Below, piece after piece: positions 1-13,587 of a stretch of DNA of 64,000 nucleotides. The stretch is from Eledone cirrhosa (taxonomy: Eukaryota): positions 111,662,001-111,726,000 of the forward strand of contig OZ024742.1 of assembly GCA_964016885.1 (NCBI GenBank), given 5' to 3'. Under the pieces are notes generated by a model. It made no database searches. It had not been told where the DNA came from and worked only from the letters and a program-made list of their open reading frames with translations. Every line of letters starts with the position of its first letter. Positions within the stretch are counted from its first letter, which is position 1. The translations under genes were made by a program, and so were the position numbers.

Positions 1-1314
1 CATGTATTGTATTGACTGAATTCTCTACTCTATACCTCAGGACTTTTTTGTGACTCACACTGAATTCGGAGCCCCGAACTTTACACTAGGTACCACCTGC
101 TACCATTCCATCTCTTCCATCCTCTATATCTATATGTACAACTTTGTTTTATCTTACTGCAACTTGATCTATTTTGTATTTCCCCTTTGCTTTGATTCCT
201 CCGATATATTCTTATATATTTCCGCCTTACTACATCACTACCCTAACTATGACGGCGTTTTATTTATGTATTTTACTTTTTACTTTTTACCTTATTAATG
301 TATTTTTATTAATGTATTTTTTATATATTTTTTATTATTTTATTTTTTATCTTTCTATTTTTATATTTGTATCCTGCTTTTATTTATTTGGAATTTTCTG
401 CTTATTATTCCTTACTCAGGTTATTATGCACCATTCATAGCTCCCTACCCACCAAAGAACCACACTACTTATAACCCGGAATAACTGGGACTTAAAAATA
501 ATTATAGTCTATTGGCACTTTTCATTGGGTTTTACCACTTTCAACTGATGTGGTGGATCTCCCGGCTGTGCACAGGACGCTCGGAAAGTCCAGCCTTCCT
601 TGAGTGCTTGGAAAAATAAATTTTCCCCTCTTTCGGTAAACGAAACTACTCGGAGCGGATCGATATGCCCCGGGGCCGGCCGCACCGCCTGTTTTGACCG
701 CCACATTAGATTCATACCTATAAATTCTAGGCTTAGGCATAACTGTTGGCTGTATCATGCCTCCCTGTGCTGGCACGTAAATAAACCCCTCCTGTGTGAA
801 TTAATAGTATTCGTTTGGTATAGACGATGGCCTGTAGAAGCTGGTTGACTTCCCGCTAGCACACTCGGGGCCTATCACAGTTACGTTCCTAGAGTACTCG
901 GAAAAAATAATTTCCATTTATTTCGCTAGACGATACCACTCGAAACTGGCTGACACGTGGTTAGGAGGTGCTGGCTAGGATTTACAATCGAAGGCTTTTA
1001 TCTTTACTCTATATCCCACCTTGATAACTTATCGAGATTCCCTATAATACACTTAAACTTTTCATATATGACTCTCTCGGTAATTTCATTGAATAAATCT
1101 CGCAACACAAACCTTTAATTTTCTATTAATTTTCTAATAATTTTATTTCATCCCATAACTCTTAACATAAATTAACGTTCCAATTTTCTGTTCACACATT
1201 AGACCATACAGACACCTATATATATGCCTTTGTTAAAATATAGGTTCTTTAGAATAACATTTTTCGCAGCGTCTTCTAGCATGGCTGTAGTGTGACCCTT
1301 ACGCTGACTTTTCT

Positions 1315-1363
<49 letters not shown>

Positions 1364-1552
1364 TCTTTTTTTATTCTTGACGGAGGTGGTAGTACATTAT
1401 AAGCCTTCGCCCCCTCACCAGATGGTCATTAGTAGACCGAGTTGCCATCACTTAACGGCGACTGACCGAGTGAAAGCAGCTAATTGGTCAGTCGTCTTCT
1501 CTGTCTCTGATTTGGTCCCATGGATTTTATATATTCTTTTGTTATATTTCGA

Positions 1553-1610
1553 ATACCTGATGATAATACCGGATTCATACGGAACACGGTCACTGAAATG
1601 ATCATAGTAT
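1553..1610 (+). ncRNA. Type I hammerhead ribozyme motif (minimal, palindromic stem III)
   Basis: ATAC-CTGATGA-[imperfect stem II ACCG..TTC/GAA..CGGT]-GAAA-TGATCA-TA-GTAT. Stem I is ATAC/GTAT and the core is canonical. Confidence 0.7.
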
Positions 1611-1789
1611 AATAAACTTTTCAAGGATTTACACCAGTCTAGCCTCCTGTTATTTTATTTATAATTATATATATATATATATATTCTTATACTAGGAGAG
1701 GGTCATAGTGTTGTAATAATATTGCAAGAAAATAATAACAATGATCATCATCATTTTACTCCGCTTTTCTCTGCTTGCAAGGGTGGGAC

Positions 1790-1925
<136 letters not shown>

Positions 1926-2095
1926 CGTGTGTATATGTATGTATATGTATGCGTTGGCGCATACTTATGCAGAGGCTTAAATCTTTAATGATCTCATGTT
2001 TATTTACTTTTACTGTTTTGAAAACCACTGTCATTTTTGTTTAACAATTTTATTTACCTTATTCTTAAACTCTGTGCTTATAATATATATATATA

Positions 2096-2298
2096 TCTTA
2101 GTCTTAGTCTTAGATTCTTCCGCGCCGTTCGGGTCATCGAGCAGTAAGTATTCGCCAACGGTCACGATCAGCGGCAACTTTTTCGAGACCGTGCCAGGTG
2201 ATGTTGGCTGCCATCAGGTCCTTCCGAAACGTTCGTCGCCAGGTGATTCTTGGTCAACCCCGCCTCCGTTTACCGCCAGGCGGAATCAAGTTCATCAT
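2096..2298 (-). mobile_element. RTE-clade LINE 3' end (5'-truncated)
   Basis: Minus strand reads PPGGKRRRG*PRITWRRTFRKDL...AADRDRWR, the typical RTE C-terminus, followed by a (CTAAGA)n tandem tail. Confidence 0.85.
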
Positions 2299-2399
2299 AT
2301 ATATATGAACACACCAGACAAAGACATGTCTGAACAGTTAGGCAAATCAGAGAAGCACCTGAGATAGAACTAAGAAGACCGAAGTTGAACAGAAAGAAC

Positions 2400-2940
2400 G
2401 AATGAAATAACAATAACAAACATACCCCAACAAACAATACTGACTTAATGGAAATATAAATAAATAAATAAATAAATAAATACATAAATAAATAAATAAA
2501 TATATACACAAGTTCAATAACAACAAACACATGAACTCACACTAGTGAACAAAGGTAGAATATAAAAACAAAAAGACATACACTCAAACGTGAACGCATA
2601 CACTAAACATTATACACACGCGCAAACGCATGCACAGAGACAGAGAGACGAGAATAAATAAATAATTTAATTAAATAAAAATGACGTAGATATTGCAATA
2701 TAATGGGAGGAAACATATCAGTACCACTGATGTTGTTGCAGATGTATGACTAAAGAACTTTGATAAACTATATATATCTATATATATCTGTATTTTTTAA
2801 CCGCTGATGAAATAAATATACTATGGAGATATAAAAGATACAGAAGTGAAAACCAAACCAAACCAAACAGTGAGTGTCTTCTGTTATTATTTCTGGCAAT
2901 ATTATAACAATATATGACCCTCCCCAAGGATAACAATATA
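2400..2940 (+). mobile_element. Family C repeat (probable PLE 3' end/pLTR) with decayed HHR-like motif
   Basis: Reverse complement matches 17340-17900 and 44855-44962. Ends in (TA)n. A short fragment also lies at 1684-1742. Confidence 0.7.
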
Positions 2941-2954
2941 TATATATATATATA

Positions 2955-3267
2955 TTGAGTATATGTTGGTTGTTTACCGACACCTCAGTATGTAGATTGG
3001 AGCACTCGACGAAGTACGCAGTTTGGTTTGTTTATTCCAGAGTCATGTAAAATAAGTAAGTCAAACATGTAAAGTTTGGCTTCGTTTATTATAAATCCTC
3101 TTGCTATGTATTGACAGAGTGGAACTCACTTCAACAAATGTGTGCCTGTCTTTTCCACACACATTCGGACTGCCTGAAGAAGTCACAGCCAATAATAGTT
3201 GTCACCGAAATAAATATAGCACTGAATTTATAATAAAAGAAACCAGATTTTACATGGTTGACTCATT

Positions 3268-3275
<8 letters not shown>
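2955..3275 (+). mobile_element. Family B micro-element: inverted tail + HHR
   Basis: 2955-3095 is the reverse complement of the family B tail (36510-36655). It is followed by a direct HHR at 3169-3223. (TA)n on both sides. Confidence 0.75.
3169..3223 (+). ncRNA. Type I hammerhead ribozyme, family B (slightly decayed)
   Basis: ACTGC-CTGAAGA-stem II-GAAA-TAAATA-TA-GCACT. Confidence 0.7.
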
Positions 3276-3320
<45 letters not shown>

Positions 3321-4517
3321 AAACTGAAAACTGACTCTAAATAGCTTGAAAATAAGAAATGAATTTATGATGAAATCAATTCGTTTTGGATACAAAATAG
3401 GAGAGAGCAGATCTCACTTTGCTTCAAAAAATTTCTTTTTCATTATCATTCTATATATACGTCACTCATATGTGTTTTTCGCTAAATTTATGGCCTTCTA
3501 TTTTTGAGAGAACAACGGAGAATTATATTTCCAAATAAACAGAACTGCCAAATAATTTACTTATAAAATCTTGTTTTGGCATTTTGGAAAGTTTTAGTGA
3601 AAGTAATTTTGATATCAACTATTCAAGCGCTTTTAAAAAGAAACAAAAGTATGTTCACTTTATCACACACCCTTATAGATAAGAGAGGAAAATTACGGTG
3701 CAAGAGTATCAGTGCGAAATTGCAATGTTAAATACAAATATACAGACATTCTATATTCCTGCACATTCCTGGTTACAAATCTGCTCTTGACAAAAGCGAT
3801 CCGTGGCACAAGAAAGGAATATCATCTGCAGGGCTACGTCTTCAATAAACCCGTCTTTGTTTTAACATTGTACACACTGGAAAATATTTTCAGAAGGACA
3901 TTATTTCTGAAAGAAGGTGGTATCCCAAACGACATTGATATTAATTCGATTGGGTTACGAATCACGTGCCAATGGCAACATGTGATAGTGATATTCTAAA
4001 TAACTCTTACAAATCATATTCCTGTTGGCCATTACGTGGAGGAAAGAAAACCGAAATCTGGTTTAATTATTAGGTACACTCAGCGAAACGATGATACTTT
4101 TAATAATTCAAGAATGGATTTCATAGGAATTGTTAGCAAAGGAGGAGACAACTATATCTAATGTATGCTTGATCACCGTGTAACAAACATTTTTTTTATC
4201 TCTGTTCCTGGCTTGTAATCACTTTTTTTGTATTGCTTAGGTCCCACATAAATAAAAAAAGTGCTATTAAACAGTTAAAAGTTTGGGTTTGTAAAAATTC
4301 TAAGCTATTCACTAGAATTATTTGTATGCTGAATTTTAGGTTGTATGTATGTTTATTTTGCTTATGTTAAATGATTTTTTTAATATGTTTCAGGTTAAAT
4401 TAAAATTATAAAATAAAGAGTGATATCTAAAGAAAATTATAGTGCAATAAAGTATAAAACTGTTAAAATGTGGATTAAAGAGATTTATTGATACTGGATT
4501 TTCGCACCCTGAATAAA

Positions 4518-4706
4518 GGGTAGATTGGCAGTATCGGTAGAGGGTCGGACGCCATGCTTTGACGCAAAGAGTTACGGCCTTTTCCATTATAAGTTCAAAT
4601 CCCACCGAGGTTAACTTTGCCTTTCATCCTTACGGGGTCGATAAAACAAAGTACCAGTAATACACTGGGTAATTGCTGGCCTTGTGCCAAAAGTAGAAAC
4701 AGTTAT
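4518..4706 (+). mobile_element. tRNA-derived SINE (family S1)
   Basis: A-box-like TGGCAGTATCGGT, B-box GTTCAAATCC, central CTTTGCCTTTCATCCTTACGGGGTCGATAAA, 3' GTAGAAACA(ATT)n. At least 8 copies in the window. Confidence 0.9.
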
Positions 4707-4974
4707 TTGTTTTTACTTGTTTGCTTTTGATAAGCTTGTGTAATACAATAAATATATACTCTGTTGATTTAAGTATATTTAGTGATAAATTTAAAAAAAA
4801 TGTGTTTTTTCTTGAAAAATATGAAAATTTCGAAATATCAAACTCCTGACACACAAACCAAAACATCTGAATAAATAATAGTGGTTTTTTTATAATAATC
4901 GGATATAACAAACCATAAGATGACACTTAGAACCGGGGAACAAAATATATGTTACACGGTGTTATCAGCTCTAG

Positions 4975-5165
4975 GACGGTGGATTGACAATATCGGAAGA
5001 GGGTCGGACGCCATGCTTTCCAGCATAGTTACGACCCTTTATGATCTGAGTTCAAATCCCGCCGAGGTTAGCTTTGCCTTTCATCCTTACGGAGTCGTTA
5101 AAATAAAATACCAATAATGCACTGGAATAATTGCTGGCCTTGTGCCAAAAGTAGAAACAATTATA
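4975..5165 (+). mobile_element. tRNA-derived SINE (family S1)
   Basis: Full-length match to 4518-4706. Confidence 0.9.
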
Positions 5166-6722
5166 TTACGGCCAACTTAATCCTGCTGGGTCGGTGGACA
5201 TATAACATTACATGCTAAAAACTGTTTCTATTAATATATTGAAAAATTACAAAACGTGCATTAACCTAGAAGGTAACTAAATTGTACAATGACATGTTAT
5301 GTAGGTTTGTACAAGCGTAGTTTTAGTCGGAATGCTATGAGGTTGCATCACATAAAGAGGTATTCTGGCTGTTTTAATGACAGTGGCTTCACTTCTATCA
5401 TGTATTCTATATACAAGAAAGCTCATGTTGATGATTGGGTTCTGAAAGACGAACGTAGATAAATTCCCAAGGAATTAAGCACTTGAGTTAAACTGGAGTG
5501 TTTTCATATATTTTAAGCCAGTTCATTTATTTATCAGATTATAGTTAACATATTGTAGAATATCTATTATTCAGTTTGTATGAAAATATATTAATCCAAG
5601 TCATGAAAATTGCAAGGAAGTTTGTTGTGAATTGGTAAATATATAGGGTAAAATTGTGCTATTTTCCACATATTAAAACGAATACGATTGTGAACCTTTA
5701 AGTATGATATATGACACGCAATATCATATATCATATATCAGTATACTACATTATTACCGGTGAATTTGGTGGAATAATAGCAAAATATATTTTATGTAAA
5801 TATGAAAATTGTCGCATCAACTCACGAAACGTTCATACCTGTCACCAAAAACGAAGGGTTAAAAAAAAAGAATCTCTATTATGCAAGGTCTATTAGAATA
5901 TCTAATTTCTTGTACTTAAGTACATTTTAAATAAACACATGTTAGAATGTGGCCATAGAAAAACAAAAGCCGAAAATCTTTTAATCAGAGGCATTATTCA
6001 CATTGAGCTGGGGCCAGGCAACTGTTACGCAATTAATATGTATAAAGCTCAGGAAGCATCTATGTCCAAATATTATAATCAAAATATATAAAGAATGAAC
6101 TAGTATTGTCCACATCCTTCCATTTCACTATTTCTGGAAAAAATATATTCTTTCAAGATTTACACATTATCGAACTCCGGAAAAAAAAACATTTCCTGTA
6201 GGCTTTCTTTTCTTTACAAAACAGTAATAAGCTGTCATTATTTGTACCAAAACCGTAACAAAATACGTAATTTCGTAAATATATACAAACTATATATTGA
6301 AGCAGAATAAATAACTATGACAGCTTTTGTGTTAACTTGACATTCTTTTCACATTAACGTTAATGTCGTTTACATAAACATCTAAATGTGATCAGAGATC
6401 GAAAGGAATAGCAAGCTGAATTACTGTCTCTTAGATTCGAGTGAATATTACATGAGGTGCTACATGAATCAATTTGGTTGCTAACTTTAACGTAAATACT
6501 TTATCCTCTATAGTATTTTAACATATATATTGCATTAAAGGTTTGGGGTTTTACAATGTAGTATTTTTTGCCAAGAAAAATGAAACAACACTGCATATAT
6601 GGTACACGTAGAATAACGTAAGATATATATTGAAGTATTATTTCACAAAATTTGTTGGAGAATACAATTTATTACATATTTGACAATTTAGCACTGCCGT
6701 ACAACAAAGTCATGGGTTATAT

Positions 6723-6723
<1 letters not shown>

Positions 6724-6805
<82 letters not shown>

Positions 6806-6822
6806 TATATATATATATATAT
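6724..6822. repeat. (CT)n-(TA)n microsatellite
   Basis: Direct inspection. Confidence 0.97.
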
Positions 6823-7975
6823 ATTGTGTATGGGGTGCTGTGTGTGCGTGTGTATGAGTGTACGAGTGTATGTATGTATGTATGTATTTAATATATGTAT
6901 GTATGTATGACCTTCTAGAAAATGTCTATGGAAAGTCCTTGTCAGGTTTTGGTGTCTAGAAATGTTTATGTCAAGGGTTATGCAATTTCAAGAAATCATG
7001 TTTGCAAATGCACAAGATGGCGGCGTGATCAGGCTGTTTGTACTGAAAGTTTGTAGCAGTTGGCTGTCGAGGTCCGTCTATTACGATATATACGGATCAT
7101 GTAATATAATTGGAACACTCTGTGTCACAGACGGACAGGATTGCGTCTTTCAAATAGAGAATGACTAAAATACTTGCGAGCAGTACCCCAGCATGGCAAC
7201 TGCCTACTTAGAGAAAACAGTATACACACTTGATTCGATGATTGAACCATTAAAATATCAGAAATTGAATGAAACAAGCTGTTCATGTATGCTGCTATTT
7301 CTAGATCCCGAAACGTAAACGTATATATCTGTTTTTATATTTGTATCTATCGGTATAGTTTGTATGATACATTACTTTAGATATCCCTGATCATTCAGAA
7401 GGCAATCATTTCAAGTGACATTAATGAAAATATACTAGATACCATATTAGATGCGTATATTTCATCATAGCAAATCCCCTTTCATCTAAAATATCAATAA
7501 CAAATAATTGATGCATAACAATTATGAATATCATACATGAAAGGAGATTGAAGTAGGGAGTGATAGCACTCTGTGTATATGAGGGACTATAGATTTCTCA
7601 TAATGGATAAAATGGCAACTGATATGTCTTTGTATTTTACAACTAATACGATATATATTTGGGGCATGCATTAATCGAGTTAATGATACATAATGCGGCG
7701 TATCTGTGACGTATGTTCGTGTGTTAATGCTATAGATTCCTATACATTGAATAAACTGCTGTATTTGAAATTGCTATTGCCACTATAACATGAATTAAAA
7801 TTAATTATTAGAAAAAAACAACGTGTGATGACCTGTGTTTACAAATATTAGTCTACAGTAGAGAAAATTAGTTGAATCACCGTGAGGACATTTTTTATCT
7901 GCAGATAGACCCTGCATGATGGAATGTTTTCCAATCAGTGACAGTACGTATTTTCTATGACATATATGATTATCT

Positions 7976-8000
7976 AACAACAGCAACAACAACAACAACA

Positions 8001-8066
<66 letters not shown>
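7976..8066. repeat. (CAA)n-(CTA)n trinucleotide microsatellite
   Basis: Direct inspection; explains the poly-Thr ORF. Confidence 0.97.
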
Positions 8067-8067
<1 letters not shown>

Positions 8068-8916
8068 TCAATTATAATATCAATTTCACTCTTTTATATT
8101 CCAAAACACATCCGTTGAAATATTCAATCAATTTATTCAATTAATTTGCGGCCATGCGTTATGCTCATCCACAATTTGACATTAAATCCTATATATGATT
8201 CTATTATCAGAAGATAGCTTTTAGATTAAGACATATTTCTCAGCTTTCTTTTCTATTTAAACTAACTTAATATTCGACTGGAAGAAACAGTTTTCACCAT
8301 ATATAAAACTTAAGCAAATCGACAAAAACTCCATTAGATGATCAAATATACTTTTGTACGAAATATGAATCATCCAATATTTCTATTCTTTTATTTCATT
8401 AGTGTTAGGCATTTGCCTGAGATCATGCTTGGTCAAAGGTTTCAACTATTTATTCGATTATATTTGTTTTTAATATTTATTCCATTCTAATACATACTTC
8501 ATTGATCTCTATTTGATGGCCCCTGCATATTGTGCAACTTGCGGCTTATGCAGGGAGATAATAATACATAACAAATATGATTAGACCACTGTATATATAA
8601 ACATATGCACACACAATTACACACACACACCACACACACACACACACATATGACGATGTAGATAAAATGCAATACAGAGCCAGAACTAGCTTTGAGTGAA
8701 TGTGCTAATCATCTCTATTTCTCTCTCTGAAAAAAGCAGGGCGGCCAGATCAAACATTGACAGATATAACTGCGGCAGCTTGAATTGTGCTCGGAACGAA
8801 AGTATATCTCGATGATGCACGAATACGGCTCCATCATACCCACACCCAAATACACACACACACGCACACACATACACACACACCCATACACACTTAGACA
8901 CACGCACACACACACA

Positions 8917-8955
<39 letters not shown>

Positions 8956-9013
8956 TAACCCGGGTTCAATCTGGGTTAACCACAGTAAGTAAGGTACTCA
9001 TTAGATAACAGAG

Positions 9014-9064
9014 GGCTTCCTGATGATTTCTCCCGAATGAAACAGTTCTAGTCCTGTAGAAGCC
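9014..9064 (+). ncRNA. Type I hammerhead ribozyme, family A (intact)
   Basis: GGCTTC-CTGATGA-T.TTC-TCCC-GAA.T-GAAA-CAG-TTCTAGTC-CTG-TA-GAAGCC. 6-bp stem I and a GUA cleavage triplet (cut after 9058). Confidence 0.9.
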
Positions 9065-9077
9065 ATTTCTATATATA

Positions 9078-9150
<73 letters not shown>

Positions 9151-9156
<6 letters not shown>

Positions 9157-9492
9157 ATAAATTAACGGAGCCATAGAGCCTCGCCATTCCCTGTAAATAA
9201 TGTGCTCAAAGGAGAAGAAATCCTGAGCTCTTTAAAATACAATATGTTGAAAAGGTAACACACTAGAGATATATAGTGCCCTATCAATAAAACAAGGAAT
9301 TTATCGTGATATTTCGCTCCTTATAACAGTCTTTCCTATCTCTCTGTTTGGTTGAGCACACTTCTCCGAGTGGTTTGGGGCTGCTCTTTCTAGCAGCCCG
9401 TCCCTCAGAGGCCACTGGTTCACTACCCTGTTTTATTGTTTTATTGATAGCGCACTGTATATCTCTAGTGTGTTACCTTTTATAACATATTG

Positions 9493-9496
<4 letters not shown>
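9151..9496. repeat. Foldback element between (TA)n tracts
   Basis: 9236-9296 is inverted at about 9436-9496. 9151-9163 is inverted at 9298-9310. The spacer has a GGGCTGCT/AGCAGCCC hairpin. Confidence 0.8.
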
Positions 9497-9550
<54 letters not shown>

Positions 9551-9606
9551 AAATAAATAAGTCAAATATGTAAAATTTGGCTTCGTTGGTTATATAATAT
9601 AAATTT

Positions 9607-9661
9607 AGTGCTATATATATTTCGGTGACAGCTATTATTGGCTGTGACCTCTTCAGGCAGT
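9607..9661 (-). ncRNA. Type I hammerhead ribozyme, family B
   Basis: Minus strand: ACTGC-CTGAAGA-GGT.ACAGC..GCTGT.ACC-GAAA-TATATA-TA-GCACT, inside the family B copy at 9545-9780. Confidence 0.8.
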
Positions 9662-9776
9662 CCGAATTGGTGTGGAAAAGACAGGTACACATGTTGTTGA
9701 AGTGTGTTTCACTCTGTCAATGCATCGATATGTCCAGCTCCTGGGTGTGTTGTTAGTCCTCCGAGGAACTGGAATC

Positions 9777-9810
<34 letters not shown>

Positions 9811-9938
9811 GATTTCAGTTTGACAATCGCCTCCGCTGAATGGGAGGACGTTCTCCAAGTAAATTAACCAGGAATGTTTAAAATACCTCCCACCGGAGTT
9901 AAACAAGTATTTACTAGATCTACCAACTCATACTATTA

Positions 9939-9983
9939 TACACTGGGTAATTGCTGGCCTTGTGCCTAAAGTAGAAACAATTA
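9939..9983 (+). mobile_element. SINE S1 3' fragment
   Basis: CACTGGGTAATTGCTGGCCTTGTGCCTAAAGTAGAAACAATTA. Confidence 0.8.
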
Positions 9984-10057
9984 TAATATTATAACATTAA
10001 ATCAAATTATTTAGAACTACAAGTGACGTCATTTCATTATTTTCATATTTATATATA

Positions 10058-13000
10058 CTAGCAGTTTAGCCTGGAGTTGCTCGGGTTCTTTTGCTATGAA
10101 AAGTTACATACAGGCAAACGTGGCTTGAAAGAGATAAGCTTATCAATTAAGCGCATAAAGCAGCAGAACCGGTTATTAAAAGTTACGAACCAATTAGCAT
10201 TTTGGACAAAAATAAGGATGGGTTAATAAGCTTCCAGTAGGGAATTTAGCAGACCAAATTTGCAAGATGGTGGCCCTGATGCCGCTGGGTGTCAGATCGG
10301 TCTGCCATGGTATACCCTACCAGGAAATGCTGTTCCAGACGGCATAGCTCCAACACCTGCACCAACATCTTTAACACCTCTTTGTAGAAGATATTCCGTG
10401 TCATCCCTTGAGGAGTGTAAGCAAAAAGTCCATTCCTGCTCCTTACGCGGGAACAGGCAACATAAAGTTGGCCATGGGAGAAACATGGCACCCCCAAATG
10501 GATGCCCGCCACCGACAATGTTTGCCCTTGTGACTTAGTAATGGACATGTCAAAACATTGTCTCACCGGGAATTGGGATCGCCGGAAATCGAACGGGATA
10601 TCTGACGGCGAGGGGAAAAGGTTCATCCTCGGAATGAAAACATTCTCCCCTCTCCCGCACCCCGTTACAATGGTGGCCTCAATCCAGTGGGGCGTCAGTG
10701 ACTTGACGACCATGCGAGTACCGTTGCACTACTTTGGTGGATGCAAGTTCCTTATTAGCATAATGGGACAGCCAACCCTAAGCTTAAGAATGTGAGGTGA
10801 GAGCCCTGTGGTCTCAAGGGATTTTAATAACTCAACCCGATAATTAAAGATATTGTCGGTGTCTGACGTCCCGTAGATAGATTTGAAGATGTGCTCTTTA
10901 CCGGGAATCTTCTCAATCAGCTGCTCGTTAATAAAATTAACCATGGTATTTTTCGGAGCAAGGATGGCTCTTTCGCTGAGCCAATCGAGGTTTTTAAAGT
11001 TAGATGAGACATTAGGAAAAACTACCTCCCAAAGGTCAGAAGGGCTGCTCACAATGTTGCACAGGGAGTCGATTGCTTTGGCGCCTTTTTCAACTGCAGA
11101 AACCTTGCCCTTGCGAAGTGCTAAAACGTTCTGTGCAAATGCTGCAGACATGTTTTCACCATGCAAATGAGCACGCATACTTGTGCTCAGGTACAAAGTC
11201 TTCACCTGGAGCCACAACATGGACGAGTTAAGGCAGGCATGCACTTCATCAGCTCTTGTCCCTTTGGGGATGACAGGCAGCGTTTGTCGAAAATCTCCTA
11301 GTAGTAGAAGGGCTACGCCACCCATAGGAGCCGTAGAATCCCTAATGTCTTTCAGGATCCTGTACAATGCCTCAAGGGAACCCTTTTGTGCCAATGTGCA
11401 CTCATCCCAAATAATGAGGCAATATTCTTTGAGAACCAGAGCTTCGTGTGAACTCTTGCTGATATTGCATGTTGGTGTCTCAGTTTTTACTAAATCCAAG
11501 GGGAGTTTAAAGGTTGAATGTGCTGTCCTGCCTTCCGGCAGCAAAGTAGCAGCGATGCCGGACGATGCAACAGCCAACGCGATTTTTTTCTTTTGACGAA
11601 TCTTAGCGAGTATCAATTTCGTTACAAAAGTTTTTCCAGTAGCCACAGGAGCATTCGAGAAAGTAAATACCCCAGTCTGATTTTGAACCGCGTCAATGAT
11701 AGTTAAATAGGCCGACCTTTAGTCCGACAGAAGTTTGGGCTCATTTTCCTCTAAGTATTGGGAAAGAGATTCGATGTCATATGCTACAAATCCGGGGCCA
11801 ACCTGTTAGCTTCCTCTCTGACGGTTGACGGCAAGCCATACGTCGCCAACTCACTCCCACCCATGTCGAGGAGGGCGTCCTCGATATCAAAGAGTGCCCT
11901 GTTGCAGATAATGTTCCTGTAACCTACTTCCACTGAAGTATACTGCAGGTGAGCCAGGCGCAGAAAGACCTCAAACATGAAATCTCTGTACTTGACCCAT
12001 AAAGATTTAGGATCACCCAATTCACACTTTTGAAGCAAAATGGCAAACAGTTCCCGTAGACCTTTAGGTGATTTCAACAAAGCACCCTCTGCTAAAGTGG
12101 AATCCCATTGCGAATCATCTTCAATAAGACCACGCTTAAAGCAGGGTTCCCGGTACGTATCACATATTTCTCCATCAACTGTTTTGAGGCCCTGAAAACT
12201 TTGTGGGCCTACAAGTTCATTCAGAAGAAGGAGGAGATGAAAGCACTCATGGTGACTTGGGGGCACAGTGTACACCCATCCAAGACAGCTGTCAAATTTT
12301 ACAATAGGATATCTTTCAACAGCCTGACCTGACTTTCCTCGCACCCAAGTGTTTTTCGACCATATAAAGTAGGACGGAACCTAGGGTAACACAATTATTT
12401 TCGCAAATGTATCGAACTGGCAAAGTTTGAAGAAACCCGTCCGAGTGGTCTCTTTCGGATCGGCGGCCAACTTGGCGGCAGTTTGGTCCGTAAAGTAAAC
12501 CCTTTGCCCATTTTCCAAATGTACTGCAAGCTGTACGATGGCGGAGTGACGTTGGTGTAGGGGTAAACCAAATAGGCGCCAAAAAGCTTCTTTGCTACTG
12601 ATGTACCACCCCTCAGGTATTCTGTGACCTCGTCCCTGCTATTTTCAGCTTGAAATGCGAACATTGCGGCATCAGAGCCTTTATTTCCATATTTCCTTAT
12701 GTATTTTATCGACTTGACGGAGTTGCCAAACTCAACGTTGATGTGGGCGTTGAACATCTTCTAGAGAAGCGGAAAATAAGGGACCACCCATCTATTGTCG
12801 AATTGGCCTCCCTTTACTGTTGTGGTGAAGCCACCGTTCTCGGCCTTGTTGCTGGGTTAGGGATTTCAGCCGAAATGATGCTGTCTATGGCATTTGAATT
12901 GATTTTATCAGCTAACCAAATCAAAATATGAGCATGTGGCAGCCCTCGTTTTTGACATTCGACGGTTAAAATGTCACATTTTACAGCCAGAAATACCTGA

Positions 13001-13587
13001 CCTTTTTGATTAAAGCCATGAGTTTAACCAGTTTCAGTCTTAACACTATGGCAATGAAGTCATGTCTGTTCGAATAATTTTGCCCAGGAAAAAGTTCACG
13101 TGTTACATTCCGATTCATATGTCTATAGCATTAATCTGTTATATGTAGTCTTATTTTGCGGGTTGTATTTGCAATAAGCCGATTGATAATGCCCCAGATA
13201 AGCTGTATGTCAATACGGAACGCTCCACTGCAGTGTTGTCATATAGGGAGTGAAGAGCGACAGAGTGAGTAAAGCAGTTAAATTATAGAGAAGGAGGAAT
13301 ATACGGAACGCTACATTTGTTCATATACATTGTTTCTCTCTCTGCAGTGTTGTCATATATGGTGTGAAGAGAGACAGAGAGAGTAAAGCAGTTAAATTAT
13401 GGAGAGTGGGAATGATCATGATCGAATTTTGCCCTTATTGTTGATTGATTTGAAATGTTTATACTTTATGATCTTCCCCTGGCAAAAAGCAATAATTGTT
13501 CCGACTTTGAATAGAATCCGTTGGAGTTTGTGGACATGCATACGTTACAAACCTTAACACACACAGCCTCAGCTATATATATATAGA
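10058..13587 (-). mobile_element. Helitron (internally deleted Rep/PIF1 helicase element)
   Basis: 5' TC at 13587. 3' hairpin then CTAG at 10058-10061. Contains the Rep HUH motif (QKRGLPHAHILIW) and PIF1 helicase motifs, broken by frameshifts and stops. Confidence 0.95.
10370..13100 (-). pseudogene. Helitron Rep-helicase, disrupted
   Basis: Walker A (ATGKT), AVASSGIAA, GRTAHS, IIWDE, GDFRQTLPV, AILAPKN, TKSQGQTL and HGQLYVACSRV, spread over several frames. Confidence 0.93.

Noticed and set aside
480-1000. GC-richer segment with short ORFs on both strands
   Set aside because: No recognisable protein motif or splice structure
4518-4610. tRNA genes at SINE heads
   Set aside because: A/B boxes are present, but there is no complete cloverleaf and each head is fused to the SINE body
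10729-11646. Host PIF1 helicase gene
   Set aside because: Intronless, frameshifted, linked to a Rep HUH motif and bounded by Helitron termini
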